Shown: piece by piece, positions 1 to 10,294 of the stretch
How positions within the stretch are numbered: the first letter of the stretch is position 1
How the letters are laid out: every line of letters starts with the position of its first letter
NCBI GenBank assembly: GCA_963779415.1
Contig: CAVZYA010000002.1
Coordinates: 1,440,001-1,504,000 of the forward strand
Length of the DNA: 64,000 nucleotides
Direction of reading: 5' to 3'
From: an uncultured Acidobacteriota bacterium
GTDB lineage: Bacteria > Acidobacteriota > Thermoanaerobaculia > UBA5066
Notes under the pieces: model-generated
The model's input: only the letters and a program-made list of their open reading frames with translations
Database searches by the model: none
What the model was told of the DNA's origin: nothing
Position numbers and translations under genes: made by a program

Positions 1-479
1 ACGAGAATTCCCGTGAAGAGGACGACGGAAAGCCGGAGGCTGGCTGGCAGTTGCGACGGGACGAGGGGAAGGAGGGCAAGCATCAGGATCCGGGCCAGGA
101 TTCCGTAAAGCCGGTCCACGACCATCGAGGCGGTTGCGGAGCCGATGGTGAAGTTCGCGCTCCCGTTTGCCAGCGCCACGGCCCGCCCGACGTCGCCAAC
201 CTTGACGGGGAGGAGGTTGTTGAGGAGCTCGCTGGCATAGAGCAGGCGGAACGTCCGCTCGAGAGGGATCGTACCAACGCGCCGAAGCAGGACGTGCCAT
301 CGGACGAGCCGCAGGAACTGCGCCGCCGCCATGAGAGCCACGCCCGAGAGAATGACGAGAACGTCCGCACGAAGCACTCGTGCGGCGACCTCGGGGCCGT
401 CGAACGTCCGCCACCAGAGCCAGAACGCCAAGGCGCCCGCGAGAAGGGCCAGGCCCCCCTTGATCGCGCGGGACGTCAC
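1..479 (-). CDS. Lysylphosphatidylglycerol synthase TM / UPF0104 flippase-like membrane protein (partial, runs off window)
   Basis: Not in ORF track. Manual translation from GTG 479 (GTGA overlap with upstream stop): MTSRAIKGGLALLAG...FLRLVRWHVLL...ELLNNLLPVKVGDVGRA...VVDRLYG, with the RW, N..LP..GD..R and DR motifs of this family. Confidence 0.75.
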   Translation of the reverse strand, partial: MTSRAIKGGLALLAGALAFWLWWRTFDGPEVAARVLRADVLVILSGVALMAAAQFLRLVRWHVLLRRVGTIPLERTFRLLYASELLNNLLPVKVGDVGRAVALANGSANFTIGSATASMVVDRLYGILARILMLALLPLVPSQLPASLRLSVVLFTGIL

Positions 480-1377
480 GGGTGCGGCGCGCCCGTGCCG
501 GACTTCGTGCTCTCGGCGATCGTCCAGACGGCGTAGTTCTTCGATCCTCGCCTGAGATCGCGCAGGGCCTGGAGTCGCGCCACGACCTCCGTCACGACGA
601 GGGCGATCCCGGGGATCCAACGGTCCGGCCTCGGCGCCACGGCGGAGAGCCATATCGGCAGGACGCGCGTGCCCGCGCCGGTCGAGACCGAGTAACCGGT
701 CCGTCGCTTCAGCCAGAGGTGGCCGAAGGCGATCCGCCGGCGCTGGGACATCCACTCCCGAAGGGTCGAGGGGCCGCGGTTGGCGATCAGGGCCTCGGGG
801 ATGTAGACGAGCTTTCCTCCCTGATGCCTGACGACGGCCTCGAGGGAACTCTCGTCCACGGGGCTCTCCTCGTCGATCGACGTGACGAGGGACGAGCGGA
901 CGGCGACGAATTCGCCGAGCTTGGGGCTCCGGCGGGCCATCTGGTCATGGAGATGCCACATGAGTCGGGTCATCCGGTCGGTCAGGGAACGGCCCTCGTT
1001 CTGCGGAACCGGCTGCCCCCGGCCATCCCGACCGCCGGGTCGGCAAACGCCGCGACGATCGCCTCTGTCGCACCGGGGAAGGGGAGAATGTCGGCGCTCG
1101 CGATCAGGATCACGTCCGTGCCACGCGGGCGCGCGACGAGGAAGGTGTTGATGGCCGCCGCCTTTCCGCGCCGAACCGGCTCGGCGATCAGCGTCACTCG
1201 CGCGTCCCGGGCCGAGACCTCGCGGACGATCTCGTCGGTCCGGTCACGGCAGGCGCTGGAGACGACGACGATCCGCTCGATCGGCGCTCCGGCGGGGCGC
1301 GCGGCGAGAAGTACCTCGAGAAGCGGTCCGATCGTCCGCTCCTCGTTGAGCGCCGTGATGCCGGCGACCACGCGCAC
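476..1377 (-). CDS. Glycosyltransferase family 2 (one frameshift near 1015, probably sequencing error)
   Basis: N-half ITALNEERTIG...SSACRDRT...RRGKAAAIN...ASAD in ORF 982..1620; C-half VDE...SQRRRI in ORF 476..973. Adding one base at ggcag|ccggtt joins them (GRPVPQN). Confidence 0.8.
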
Positions 1378-1486
1378 GTTTGTCGAGTGTAGACGAAAGC
1401 TCGAAGGCGGGCGACCCGCCGGCACGGCGAAGGGTGCCGGCGACCTTGACGCTGATCCGAGCCGTGTGAGAACGTCCCTTGTCACC

Positions 1487-2326
1487 TTGCGGACACTTCG
1501 CCGGTCCTCCCTCCTTTCCGGTGCCGCGGCTGCGCTCGCGGTCCTCGCTCTTCTGCAGGCCTGCGCGCGCAGGAAAGAACCCGATCTGCTCGCCCCGCAG
1601 CCCCGCGGAATCGATCTCATCGGGCCTCGCCTTCCCGGCCCTCCGCCGAACGATCTCGTCGCGCGCTACGGCCCGCCGAAGTACTCCCAGTACCTCGAGG
1701 AGCTCATCGCGCGGGACTATTTCAAGGACGAGAAGAAAGGCTTCTTCCTCGACGTCGGTGCCGGCGATGCGCTGTTCAACAGCACCACGGCCTATCTGGA
1801 GAAGAACCTCGAGTGGACCGGGATCGCCATCGACGCGGAGCCGAAGCACCTCGAGAGCTATCTGAAGGAGCGGCGGGGGACGCGATTCTTCGCGTTCTTC
1901 GTCGGGGACAAGGACGGAGAGAACGTCGACTTCTACGTCAACGACCAGGAATGGCGGGACTCGTCAGGCGTGAAGAGCTTCGCGGACTCCCACGGCAAGA
2001 GGCGGGTGATCAAGGTCCCCGAGATCACGCTGAACACGCTTCTTGACCGGCAGGGCGTCCGTCGGATCGACTTTCTGTCGATGGACATCGAGCAGGCCGA
2101 GCCGATGGCTCTGGCGGGATTCGACATTCGGCGTTTTCGTCCACGGCTCGTCTGCATCGAGATGCAGAAAGAGACGAAGGATGCGATCAACGCCTACATG
2201 ACCGAGCACGGCTGGGTCGAGATCGAGAAGTACCTTCAGTGGGACTCGGTAAACGGCTGGTTCATGCCCGGGCCGTCCGTACCGGCCCCGCCCGCCGGGC
2301 GGCCTCCCCCTGCCGCGAAGAGATAG
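1487..2326 (+). CDS. FkbM-family SAM-dependent methyltransferase with putative lipoprotein signal peptide
   Basis: FFLDVGAGD...NST..LEKNLEWTGIAIDA...IDFLSMDIEQAE motifs; N-terminus RR + hydrophobic stretch + LLQAC. Start codon uncertain (TTG 1487). Confidence 0.8.
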   Translation: MRTLRRSSLLSGAAAALAVLALLQACARRKEPDLLAPQPRGIDLIGPRLPGPPPNDLVARYGPPKYSQYLEELIARDYFKDEKKGFFLDVGAGDALFNSTTAYLEKNLEWTGIAIDAEPKHLESYLKERRGTRFFAFFVGDKDGENVDFYVNDQEWRDSSGVKSFADSHGKRRVIKVPEITLNTLLDRQGVRRIDFLSMDIEQAEPMALAGFDIRRFRPRLVCIEMQKETKDAINAYMTEHGWVEIEKYLQWDSVNGWFMPGPSVPAPPAGRPPPAAKR

Positions 2327-3639
2327 GCGACGAAACCCGCCAGGAGAGACAGAAGACCGAGGATCGACTCCGTCGGCTTCCGCAGGGCGACGAAGGCCAT
2401 CATCCATAGCGAACAGGCCATGAACAGCGCGGGAGTCACGGGATATCCCCATGTACGGTACGGCCGCGGGAGGTTCGGCTCGCGCCGCCTGAGGACGTAA
2501 ACCCCCATCACGGTCACGAACGAACAGAGCAGTAAGGTGAACTGAAGGAAAATAAGAACGCTTTCGAAGGTTCCGGTCGCCACCATCAGCAGTGTGACGA
2601 GCGTCTGAACGGCGATGGCCGGCCGTGGGGAGCCTCCCTCCGCGCGTCTCGAAAGAAGCTTCAGCCGCGGAAAGTCCTCTCCGACGGCCACCGTTACGCG
2701 CGTCCCCGCCCAGACCATCGAGCTGACGGACGAGACGAGAAGAACGGCAATAACGAGGCCCATCAGAGACCCTCTGACGGGACCGAAAGCCGTCCGAGCC
2801 ACGACGAGGGCGACTTCCACCTGCCCCTTCATGGCGTCACGGGGCGTCGAGAGAAGAAAGAAGGCATTCAGGGCCAGATAGAGGACGAAGACGACGCCGG
2901 TCCCGATCGCGACAGCGCGTGGGACGTTCCGTTCGGGCTCCAGGACCTCGCCCGAGATATACGTCGCGGCGTTCCAGCCCGAGTAGGTGAACATGACGAA
3001 GACCAGCGAGATCGCGAAGGGGGCGCCGAAGAGCGTCCCGATGTCCTCGCCCGTCGGGGCAAAGGTCACCGTTCCGTGCCACGGCACGAACAGCCCGGCG
3101 ACGACGATGACGATGATGGTCGCGACGATCATCACCGTCGTGGTGACCTGGAATCGGCTGCCGAGCCGCAGCCCGCTCCAGTGAACGGCGGTCACCGCCA
3201 GAATCATGACGATTCCCGTGGCCTGCGGCGGGAAGGACGGGAAGAGACCATGGAAGTAACGGCCGAACGCGATCGCCGAGAGAGCGACGGCCGCTGGAAA
3301 GCCGGCGATCATCGAGACCCAACCGGCAAGAAAGCCGACAGGCCGCGAGAAGACACGCCCCAGAAGAACATATTCCCCGCCCGACCTCGGGAAGGCGGCC
3401 CCAAGTTCTGCGTAGGACAGGGCCCCGCAGAAGGCACAGATCCCCCCCACGACCCACAGCAGGAGAAGAACAAACCCGCTCGAGAGAGAGACGACCTGGA
3501 AGCCGAGGCTCGTGAAGACGCCCGTTCCGACCATGTTCGCGATGACCACCGACACCGCCGCCAGCAAGGAGACCCGGGCCCCGGTTCCGTCCGCCGGACC
3601 CGCCGGACGGACCGTCCCGTGTGGCGCCGCGGACGTCAC
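2236..3639 (-). CDS. APC-family amino acid permease
   Basis: ANMVGTGVF, GALSYAELGAAFPRSGGEY, YSGWN, LRRREPNLPRPYRTWGYP; about 12 TM segments; GTGA coupling to the upstream radical SAM gene. Confidence 0.9.
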   Translation of the reverse strand: MTSAAPHGTVRPAGPADGTGARVSLLAAVSVVIANMVGTGVFTSLGFQVVSLSSGFVLLLLWVVGGICAFCGALSYAELGAAFPRSGGEYVLLGRVFSRPVGFLAGWVSMIAGFPAAVALSAIAFGRYFHGLFPSFPPQATGIVMILAVTAVHWSGLRLGSRFQVTTTVMIVATIIVIVVAGLFVPWHGTVTFAPTGEDIGTLFGAPFAISLVFVMFTYSGWNAATYISGEVLEPERNVPRAVAIGTGVVFVLYLALNAFFLLSTPRDAMKGQVEVALVVARTAFGPVRGSLMGLVIAVLLVSSVSSMVWAGTRVTVAVGEDFPRLKLLSRRAEGGSPRPAIAVQTLVTLLMVATGTFESVLIFLQFTLLLCSFVTVMGVYVLRRREPNLPRPYRTWGYPVTPALFMACSLWMMAFVALRKPTESILGLLSLLAGFVAYLFAAGGGRPAGGAGTDGPGMNQPFTESH

Positions 3640-4730
3640 GCGATCCAGTTCCGCACGACGCGTGCGAGCGCCCGGGGCGACATCAGCATGTTCGTGTAGC
3701 TGGCGTTCGCGAGCGGGCAGGCGCATTCGCGGTTGTAGACACTTCGCCGGAACCGGTCGGCCTCGGGGGAGAACCAGACCTTCCCGAAGTCGTACCCGTT
3801 CTCCCGGAGGCCGCCGACCGACTCGGCGCGGATGCAGCACCCCCAGACGTACCCGTCGGGCGCGATCTGCGCCGAGGCCCATCCCGCGTAACAGGGGATG
3901 ATCTGCTCGCGCTTCTCGAGGTACTCCTTGACGAGCTGGTAGTACTCGAGCCGGAAGCTCTCGACGAGGCGCCCCATCGGGTGCGGGGAACGGTTTCGCC
4001 TCATCTCCCCGATCAGATAGTCGGCCGCGGCGGCGTACTCGGCAGCGCTCGGGGTGATCTCCTTGCCGATCGTCTTCAGCTCGACCCGCTCCTCGGCCAC
4101 CTCGGTGATGTACGAATCGGGCTCCAGCTTCTTCAGCTCCCTGTGGATCTCGGGGAGCCGGCCGACGTTGTGCGTGCTGATGACGGTGTGGATGCCGACC
4201 GTGACGTGAGGGTTCGACTTCTGGAGCGAGAGCGCCAGCTCCCGCGTCGCCATCATCTTCGTCCAGTTGTCCCGGGCGCCACGGATCTCGTCGTGCCGGG
4301 TCCCGATGTCGTCGAGCGACAGGTTCAGGATCAGCTTCGAGCCGCGGCTGGCCTCCACGATGCCCGGGAGCTGCTTCTCGATCTGCCTGGTCAGGAGCCC
4401 GTTCATCGGGAGGTTGATGATCTTCGGCCTGAGGATTCCGCGGATCAGGGCGAAGAGCTGCGGCAGGTCCGACCGGACGAACTGGTCGCCACCGGAGACG
4501 GTCACCCAGATCGGGACCCCCTCCATCGAGCGGAAGGTCCTCTCGTACTCGTCGAGGGTGAAGTCCGGCACCTTCTTCTGCCAGATGTCGCACGTCTTGC
4601 AGCGGGAGGGGCAGGTGTACGTGACGCTGACCGTCAGGTTGACAGGAAGGAGTCGGGGCCGGCCGAACCGGTGGAAAGCCCGGTAGAGCGGCAGCTTCAA
4701 GACGAGGGGCCACCGGTCGAAGGCGTTCAT
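3636..4730 (-). CDS. Radical SAM / SPASM-twitch domain protein
   Basis: CPSRCKTC (CxxxCxxC), SGGDQF, C-terminal CYAG...GYVWGCC...CACP cysteine cluster. Confidence 0.9.
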   Translation of the reverse strand: MNAFDRWPLVLKLPLYRAFHRFGRPRLLPVNLTVSVTYTCPSRCKTCDIWQKKVPDFTLDEYERTFRSMEGVPIWVTVSGGDQFVRSDLPQLFALIRGILRPKIINLPMNGLLTRQIEKQLPGIVEASRGSKLILNLSLDDIGTRHDEIRGARDNWTKMMATRELALSLQKSNPHVTVGIHTVISTHNVGRLPEIHRELKKLEPDSYITEVAEERVELKTIGKEITPSAAEYAAAADYLIGEMRRNRSPHPMGRLVESFRLEYYQLVKEYLEKREQIIPCYAGWASAQIAPDGYVWGCCIRAESVGGLRENGYDFGKVWFSPEADRFRRSVYNRECACPLANASYTNMLMSPRALARVVRNWIA

Positions 4731-4755
4731 TGCGCGCTCGGGCTGCGGACCGCCC

Positions 4756-5587
4756 TCACAAAGGCGAGCCCCACTCGTTCCACGACTCCCACCCCTTCTT
4801 GATCGGGCGCTTCGGCTCCTTCGGCTTTCCGGGGAGGAAGATCCGGCACCAGAAGGGGCGGGCCACCCCTTCGAGGACGCGCCCCGAAGAGATCTTCGAG
4901 GTCCCTTTGCGGCGCTCCACGAAGAGGATGTTCGTCTCGGCGAGCTGCCCCGACGCGTGCCAGATCCGGTATTTCATCTCGATCTGGTAGGCGTAGCCCG
5001 ATGATCGAAGGTTCTCGAGCCCGATTCGCTTGAGCATCTCGACCCGGTAGCAGCAGAAGCCGCTCGTCAGGTCGTCGCATCGGAACGCCCGTGACGATCC
5101 GGGCGTAGATGTTCGCGAAGGCCGAAAGGAGGACACGGCGGAGGGGCCAGTTGAGGACGCTCACGCCATACAGGTAGCGCGAGCCGACGACGACGTCGGC
5201 GTCGTGGGACATATCGAGCAGGAGGGGGAGGAAGTCCGCGGCGTGCGAGCCGTCCGCGTCCATCGAGACGACGCGGCTGAACCCCTTTTCCATCGCCCAT
5301 GCGATCCCGTCCTTGTAGGAGCCCGTGAAGCTGCGTGGAGGCCGCCGCCGAATGAGGTGGAGCCGGGGGTAGCGCGCCCGAAGGGAGTCGACGGCGTCGG
5401 CCGTCCCGTCCGGCGAGTCGTCGTCCACGACGAGGAGGGACGTTTCGGGGAGGATCCTGAAGACGGCCTCGACGTGGTCGGCGATCGTCTCGGCCTCGCG
5501 GAAAGTGGGCGAGACGATGAGCGTCTCGCGGGACACGGACGCGACGCGCGCGAGCCTCTCGGGAGAGAAGGGAGCCGCGAGATCCAC
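4756..5587 (-). CDS. Polyprenol-phosphate mannose synthase-like GT2 (frameshift near 5075)
   Basis: PTFRE, VDDDSPDGT, MDADGSH, VVGSRY in one frame; DLTSGFCCYR, GYAYQIE, FVERRKGTSK in the next frame. Confidence 0.85.
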
Positions 5588-5634
5588 GGAACGGAATGAT
5601 ATGCGACGGCATGGCAAGATCCCCCCGGAAAGCC

Positions 5635-6096
5635 ATGCTCACGATCCGCCGCGCCACGCCCGCCGATGCCGAGGGGATCGCCGTCTTCAACGAGGCGATT
5701 GCCCGGGAGACGGAGGGAAAGACGCTCGACCCGGCGACGATCCGCTCGGGAGTGCGGGAGATTCTCGGGCGGCCCGACCTCGGCTTCTACCTCGTGGCCG
5801 AGGAGGGGGGCATCTTCGTGGGCCAGCTGATGATCACGTTCGAGTGGAGCGACTGGCGGAGCGGGCTCTTCTGGTGGATCCAGAGCGTCTTCGTCCCCCC
5901 GGAGCATCGCGGACGAGGCGTCTACCGGGCGCTTCACGCGCGGGTCCGCGATCTGGCGCTGGAGGCCGGGGGCGTCTGCGGCCTCAGGCTCTACGTCGAG
6001 AAGGAGAACGCCAGCGCCATGGAGACTTACCGGCGCCTCGGGATGCACGAGACGTACTACCGGCTCTTCGAGGAGACGTGGGAGGGAAAGCGTTGA
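5635..6096 (+). CDS. GNAT family N-acetyltransferase
   Basis: IRRATPAD, EWSDWR, VFVPPEHRGRGVYRAL, LYVEKENASA. Confidence 0.9.
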   Translation: MLTIRRATPADAEGIAVFNEAIARETEGKTLDPATIRSGVREILGRPDLGFYLVAEEGGIFVGQLMITFEWSDWRSGLFWWIQSVFVPPEHRGRGVYRALHARVRDLALEAGGVCGLRLYVEKENASAMETYRRLGMHETYYRLFEETWEGKR

Positions 6097-7235
6097 AGAA
6101 GATCGCCGTCCTCGGGACGGGGCTCGTCGGCTCGCTCATGGCGAAAGAGCTTGCCGCGGACGGCCGTTTCGAGGTGACGGCGCACGACCGTGACGAGCGG
6201 GCGCTTGGCGCGCTCGCGGGGCGTCCCCGTCTCGCCACACGGAGGTCGGACCTTTCGGATCCGGCCGAGGTCTCTCGGGCGGCGTCGTCGGCCGACGTCG
6301 TCGTCGGGGCCGTCCCCGGCCTCCTCGGGCACGCGGCGCTCCGCGTCGCGCTCGAAGCGAGGCGGCCGATCGCCGACATCGCCTTCGCCCCGGAAGACCC
6401 TCTTGCGCTCGACCCGCTCGCGAAGAGGGCGGGCGTTCCGGCGATCGTCGACTGCGGCGTCTCGCCCGGCCTCTCGAACCTCGCCGCCGGGCGGGCCGAG
6501 AGCCTCCTCGACGAAACGGAGTCGATCGCCATCTACGTCGGAGGCCTCCCTATTCCCCGGACGAGACCGTTCGAGTACCGGATCGTCTTTTCGGCCACGG
6601 ACGTGATCGAGGAATACACGCGGCCGGCCCGGATCAGGGAGAACGGCCAGGTCGTCGTCCGTCCTGCCCTCTCGGAGCCCGAGGAGGTCGTTGTCGCGGG
6701 AATCGGGACGCTCGAGGGCTTCAACACCGACGGGCTCCGGACGCTCCTTTCGACATCGAAGGCGCCGAACGTCCGGGAGAAGACCCTTCGCTATCCCGGG
6801 CATGCCGCGCTGATGCGGGTCCTTCGGGACGCCGGCTTCTTTTCCGAGAGTCCGGTGGACCTCGGGGGCGTTCGCGTCGCCCCGAGGGCCCTGACCGAGA
6901 AGCTGCTTTTCGACGCGTGGCGGCGGCCGGAGGGGGAGGAGGAGTTCACGTTTCTCCGCGTCGTCTGCCAGGGGAGGTCCGGCGGGCGGCGGGTGACGCT
7001 GACGTACGACCTCCTCGACCGGACGGACCGCGCCACGGGCGCAAGCAGCATGGCGCGGACGACCGGTTTCCCGTGTGTCGTCGCGGCCGGCTGGCTTGCC
7101 GAGGGGCGTTTCGCCGAGCCGGGGGTCTTCCCGCCCGAGCGGCTCGGGCGGCGGCCCGACCTCTGGGGCGCCATGCTCGAAGCCCTCGCCGCGCGGGGGG
7201 TTTCGTTCACGGAGAGCCGCTCGGAGAGCGCGTGA
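6093..7235 (+). CDS. Saccharopine dehydrogenase / lysine 6-dehydrogenase family protein
   Basis: VLGTGLVG Rossmann motif, DCGVSPGLSN, TLRYPGH, MARTTG; TTGA overlap with the GNAT gene. Confidence 0.88.
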   Translation: MKKIAVLGTGLVGSLMAKELAADGRFEVTAHDRDERALGALAGRPRLATRRSDLSDPAEVSRAASSADVVVGAVPGLLGHAALRVALEARRPIADIAFAPEDPLALDPLAKRAGVPAIVDCGVSPGLSNLAAGRAESLLDETESIAIYVGGLPIPRTRPFEYRIVFSATDVIEEYTRPARIRENGQVVVRPALSEPEEVVVAGIGTLEGFNTDGLRTLLSTSKAPNVREKTLRYPGHAALMRVLRDAGFFSESPVDLGGVRVAPRALTEKLLFDAWRRPEGEEEFTFLRVVCQGRSGGRRVTLTYDLLDRTDRATGASSMARTTGFPCVVAAGWLAEGRFAEPGVFPPERLGRRPDLWGAMLEALAARGVSFTESRSESA

Positions 7236-9181
7236 GAGGGATCAAGAACCCGATGGGTGGGCTCCCGAACGGGGAACGGGGCGCGCGCCGCGACCGGTCT
7301 GACGCGCCGAAGCTCTCGAAGGGGGAGCGGCTCGCCGCCCTCCTTCCGGACATCTGGGCGCTCGTCCGTCCGCGACGGGGCCTTCTCGGGGTCGGGCTCG
7401 TCCTGATGGCCGTGAACCGGGTCTCGGGCCTCGTCCTTCCGGCCTCGACGAAGTTCCTCATCGACGACGTCATCGGCAAGGGGCGCCGGGAGATGCTCCT
7501 GCCGCTCCTCGGCGGCGTCCTCGCCGCGACCGCGATTCAGGGGGTCACCTCCTACGCCCTGACGCAGCTCCTCTCGAAGGCCGCGCAGAGGCTCATCGCC
7601 GACATGCGGCGGAAGGTACAGGAGCACATCGGGCGTCTCCCGGTCGCGTTCTACGACGCGAACAAGACCGGCACCCTCGTCTCCCGGATCATGAGCGACG
7701 TCGAGGGGGTCCGGAACCTGATCGGGACCGGCCTCGTGGAGTTCGCGGGAGGCATCCTGACGGCGGCGATCTCGCTCGTCGTCCTCTTCCGGATCTCGGC
7801 CTCGATGACGCTCCTCGCCTTCGCGATCCTTCTCGGCACGGGGCTCGCCCTTCAGCGCGCCTTCGGGACGATCCGGCCGATCTTCCGCGAGCGGGGGAAG
7901 ATCTACGCCGACGTGACGGGGCGCCTCACCGAGTCGCTCGGCGGCGTCCGCGTCGTGAAGGGGTACCACGCCGAGGCGCGCGAGGCGTCCGTCTTCTCGT
8001 CAGGCGTCCAGAAGCTCCTCGACAACGTCCTGAAGACCCTGACGGCGACCTCCTTCATGAGCCTCACGTCGACGCTCCTTCTCGGCGTCGTCGGGGCGGC
8101 CGTGATGTTCCTCGGGACGCGCCAGATCCTCGCCGGGACGCTGACCCTCGGCGGGTTCTTCACCTACTCCCTCTTCCTCGGATTTCTCGTGGCGCCGCTC
8201 TTCCAGGTCGTCGCGATCGGGACGCAGCTGACCGAGGCGCTCGCGGGCCTCGAGCGGACCCGAGAGATCCTCCGCGAGCGGCCCGAGGACGAGGACCCCC
8301 GTCGGACGGCCGCGCTTTCCGGGATCCGCGGGCGCGTCGTTTTCGAGGAAGTCCGATTCCAATACTCGGAGGGGAAGGAGGTCCTCAGGGGGATTTCCTT
8401 CGAGGCCGCGCCGGGGACGGTGACGGCGCTCGTCGGGCCGTCCGGAGCGGGGAAGTCGACCATCATCGGCCTCGTCGCGGCCTTCCACGTCCCGACGGGG
8501 GGGCGCGTCCTCGTGGACGGCACCGATCTCGCGGAAGTCCGGCTCGGGTCGTACCGGACGCACCTCGGCGTCGTCTTGCAGGAGTCGTTCCTCTTCGACG
8601 GCACCATCCGCGAGAATGTCGCCTTTTCGAAGCCCGACGCGACGGAGGAAGAGATCCTCGCCGCGTGCCGGGTCGCCCGGGTCGACGAGTTCGCCGAGCG
8701 GTACGAGAAGGGGTACGACACGGTCGTCGGCGAGCGGGGCGTGAGGCTGTCGGGAGGACAGCGCCAACGGGTCTCCATCGCCCGGGCTCTCCTCGCCGAC
8801 CCGCGGATCCTGATCCTCGACGAGGCGACCTCGTCCCTCGACTCGGAATCGGAGGCGCTCATCCAGCAGGGACTCGCCGTCCTGATGAAGGGACGGACGA
8901 CGTTCGTCATCGCGCACCGCCTCTCCACGATCCGGAAGGCCGACCAGATTCTCGTCGTGGAGGACGGCCTTCTCGTCGAGCGCGGAACCCACGAGTCGCT
9001 CTACGAAGCCGGGGGACGCTACTTCGAGATGTACACCAGGCAGCACGGGCTCGAGCGGAACCTCTTCCTCGCTCCGGGCGAGGGGGACGCCGGGGCTTCA
9101 CCGGAGACCGCGGCCGAGAACGGGCCGGACGAAGGGGGCGGCCTGCGCGACGCCATCGGCCTTCTTCGCAGCGGGCGGTGA
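7232..9181 (+). CDS. ABC exporter, fused permease/ATP-binding (MsbA/MdlB-like)
   Basis: TM domain followed by GPSGAGKS, LSGGQRQR, ILDEATS, IAHRLST. Confidence 0.93.
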   Translation: MRGIKNPMGGLPNGERGARRDRSDAPKLSKGERLAALLPDIWALVRPRRGLLGVGLVLMAVNRVSGLVLPASTKFLIDDVIGKGRREMLLPLLGGVLAATAIQGVTSYALTQLLSKAAQRLIADMRRKVQEHIGRLPVAFYDANKTGTLVSRIMSDVEGVRNLIGTGLVEFAGGILTAAISLVVLFRISASMTLLAFAILLGTGLALQRAFGTIRPIFRERGKIYADVTGRLTESLGGVRVVKGYHAEAREASVFSSGVQKLLDNVLKTLTATSFMSLTSTLLLGVVGAAVMFLGTRQILAGTLTLGGFFTYSLFLGFLVAPLFQVVAIGTQLTEALAGLERTREILRERPEDEDPRRTAALSGIRGRVVFEEVRFQYSEGKEVLRGISFEAAPGTVTALVGPSGAGKSTIIGLVAAFHVPTGGRVLVDGTDLAEVRLGSYRTHLGVVLQESFLFDGTIRENVAFSKPDATEEEILAACRVARVDEFAERYEKGYDTVVGERGVRLSGGQRQRVSIARALLADPRILILDEATSSLDSESEALIQQGLAVLMKGRTTFVIAHRLSTIRKADQILVVEDGLLVERGTHESLYEAGGRYFEMYTRQHGLERNLFLAPGEGDAGASPETAAENGPDEGGGLRDAIGLLRSGR

Positions 9182-9304
9182 GATTGGCCCGCGGGCGGCC
9201 GGAAGCCGGGGCTCCGGCCGGGCCGGGCCTGATTCGGATGCCTCATGGGGTCGGACGCGTCTCTTCGCTACCTTTTCCGTGATACCGAAAGGGAGGTTCC
9301 CGCC

Positions 9305-10225
9305 ATGAAGATCCTGATCGCCGATGCCTTCGACGAGTCCCTTCCGAAGAAGCTGGCCCCCTTCGGCGACGCCACGAGCGACATGACGCATCTGGCCGAA
9401 GCCGAAGTCCTCCTCATCCGCTCGAAGACGAAGGTCACGAAGGAGTTCCTCGTCGGCGCCCCGAAGCTGAAGCTCGTCATCCGCGGGGGCGTCGGCCTCG
9501 ACAACGTCGACATCGAGACGTGCCGCGAGAAGGGGATCGAGGTCAAGAACACCCCGCGGGCCTCCTCGGTCGCCGTCGCCGAGCTGACGATGGCCCTCAT
9601 GCTCGCCGTCCCGAACCGCCTCATCGAAGGGCACAACTCGATGAAGGAGGGGAAGTGGATGAAGAAGGAGCTGAAGCGGACCGAGCTCTATGGCAAGACG
9701 CTCGGCCTCCTCGGCGCCGGCCTCATCGGAACGGAGGTGGCGCGCCGCGCCCTCGCCTTCGGAATGAAGGTCGTCGCGTACGACCACTACATCCCGAACC
9801 ACGCGCTCGCAGAGCTGATGGACGAGCCCGAGGAGCTCTACGCCAAGGCCGACTACATCAGCATCCACCTCCCCCTGACCCCCGAGACGCGGGGGATGCT
9901 GAATCGGCAGGCGTTCGCCCAGATGAAGAACGGCGTCGTCATCGTCAACACGGCCCGCGGGAAAGTGATCGCGGAAGAGGACCTCGCCGAGGCCCTCAGG
10001 AGCGGCAGGGTCGCGGCCTACGCGACGGACGTCTACCAGTCCGACCCGCCGGACCCGAAGAGCCCGCTCCTCGCGGCCCCGAACGTCATCCTGATGCCGC
10101 ACGTCGGCGGCTCCTCCCGGGAGAACCTCCTCCGGATCGGCGAGAACGTCGTCGAGCTCCTGAAGAAGTGGACGAAGCAGGCCGTCAAGACGCCGGCCGA
10201 GACGGGGGCCGTCGCCGGGCGCTGA
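9305..10225 (+). CDS. D-isomer 2-hydroxyacid dehydrogenase, SerA-like without ACT domain
   Basis: RGGVGLDNVD, LLGAGLIG, NTARG, PHVGGSS; RBS GGGAGG upstream of ATG 9305. Confidence 0.88.
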   Translation: MKILIADAFDESLPKKLAPFGDATSDMTHLAEAEVLLIRSKTKVTKEFLVGAPKLKLVIRGGVGLDNVDIETCREKGIEVKNTPRASSVAVAELTMALMLAVPNRLIEGHNSMKEGKWMKKELKRTELYGKTLGLLGAGLIGTEVARRALAFGMKVVAYDHYIPNHALAELMDEPEELYAKADYISIHLPLTPETRGMLNRQAFAQMKNGVVIVNTARGKVIAEEDLAEALRSGRVAAYATDVYQSDPPDPKSPLLAAPNVILMPHVGGSSRENLLRIGENVVELLKKWTKQAVKTPAETGAVAGR

Positions 10226-10248
10226 GAGGGATCCCTTCATTCCTCGGG

Positions 10249-10279
10249 CGGCGGTCCTTTCGGGGCCGCCGTTTTCTTT
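10249..10279 (+). terminator. Rho-independent terminator
   Basis: GC stem cggcggtcc/gggccgccg followed by ttttcttt, just after the dehydrogenase stop. Confidence 0.75.
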
Positions 10280-10294
10280 CGGACTGCCGCCATA

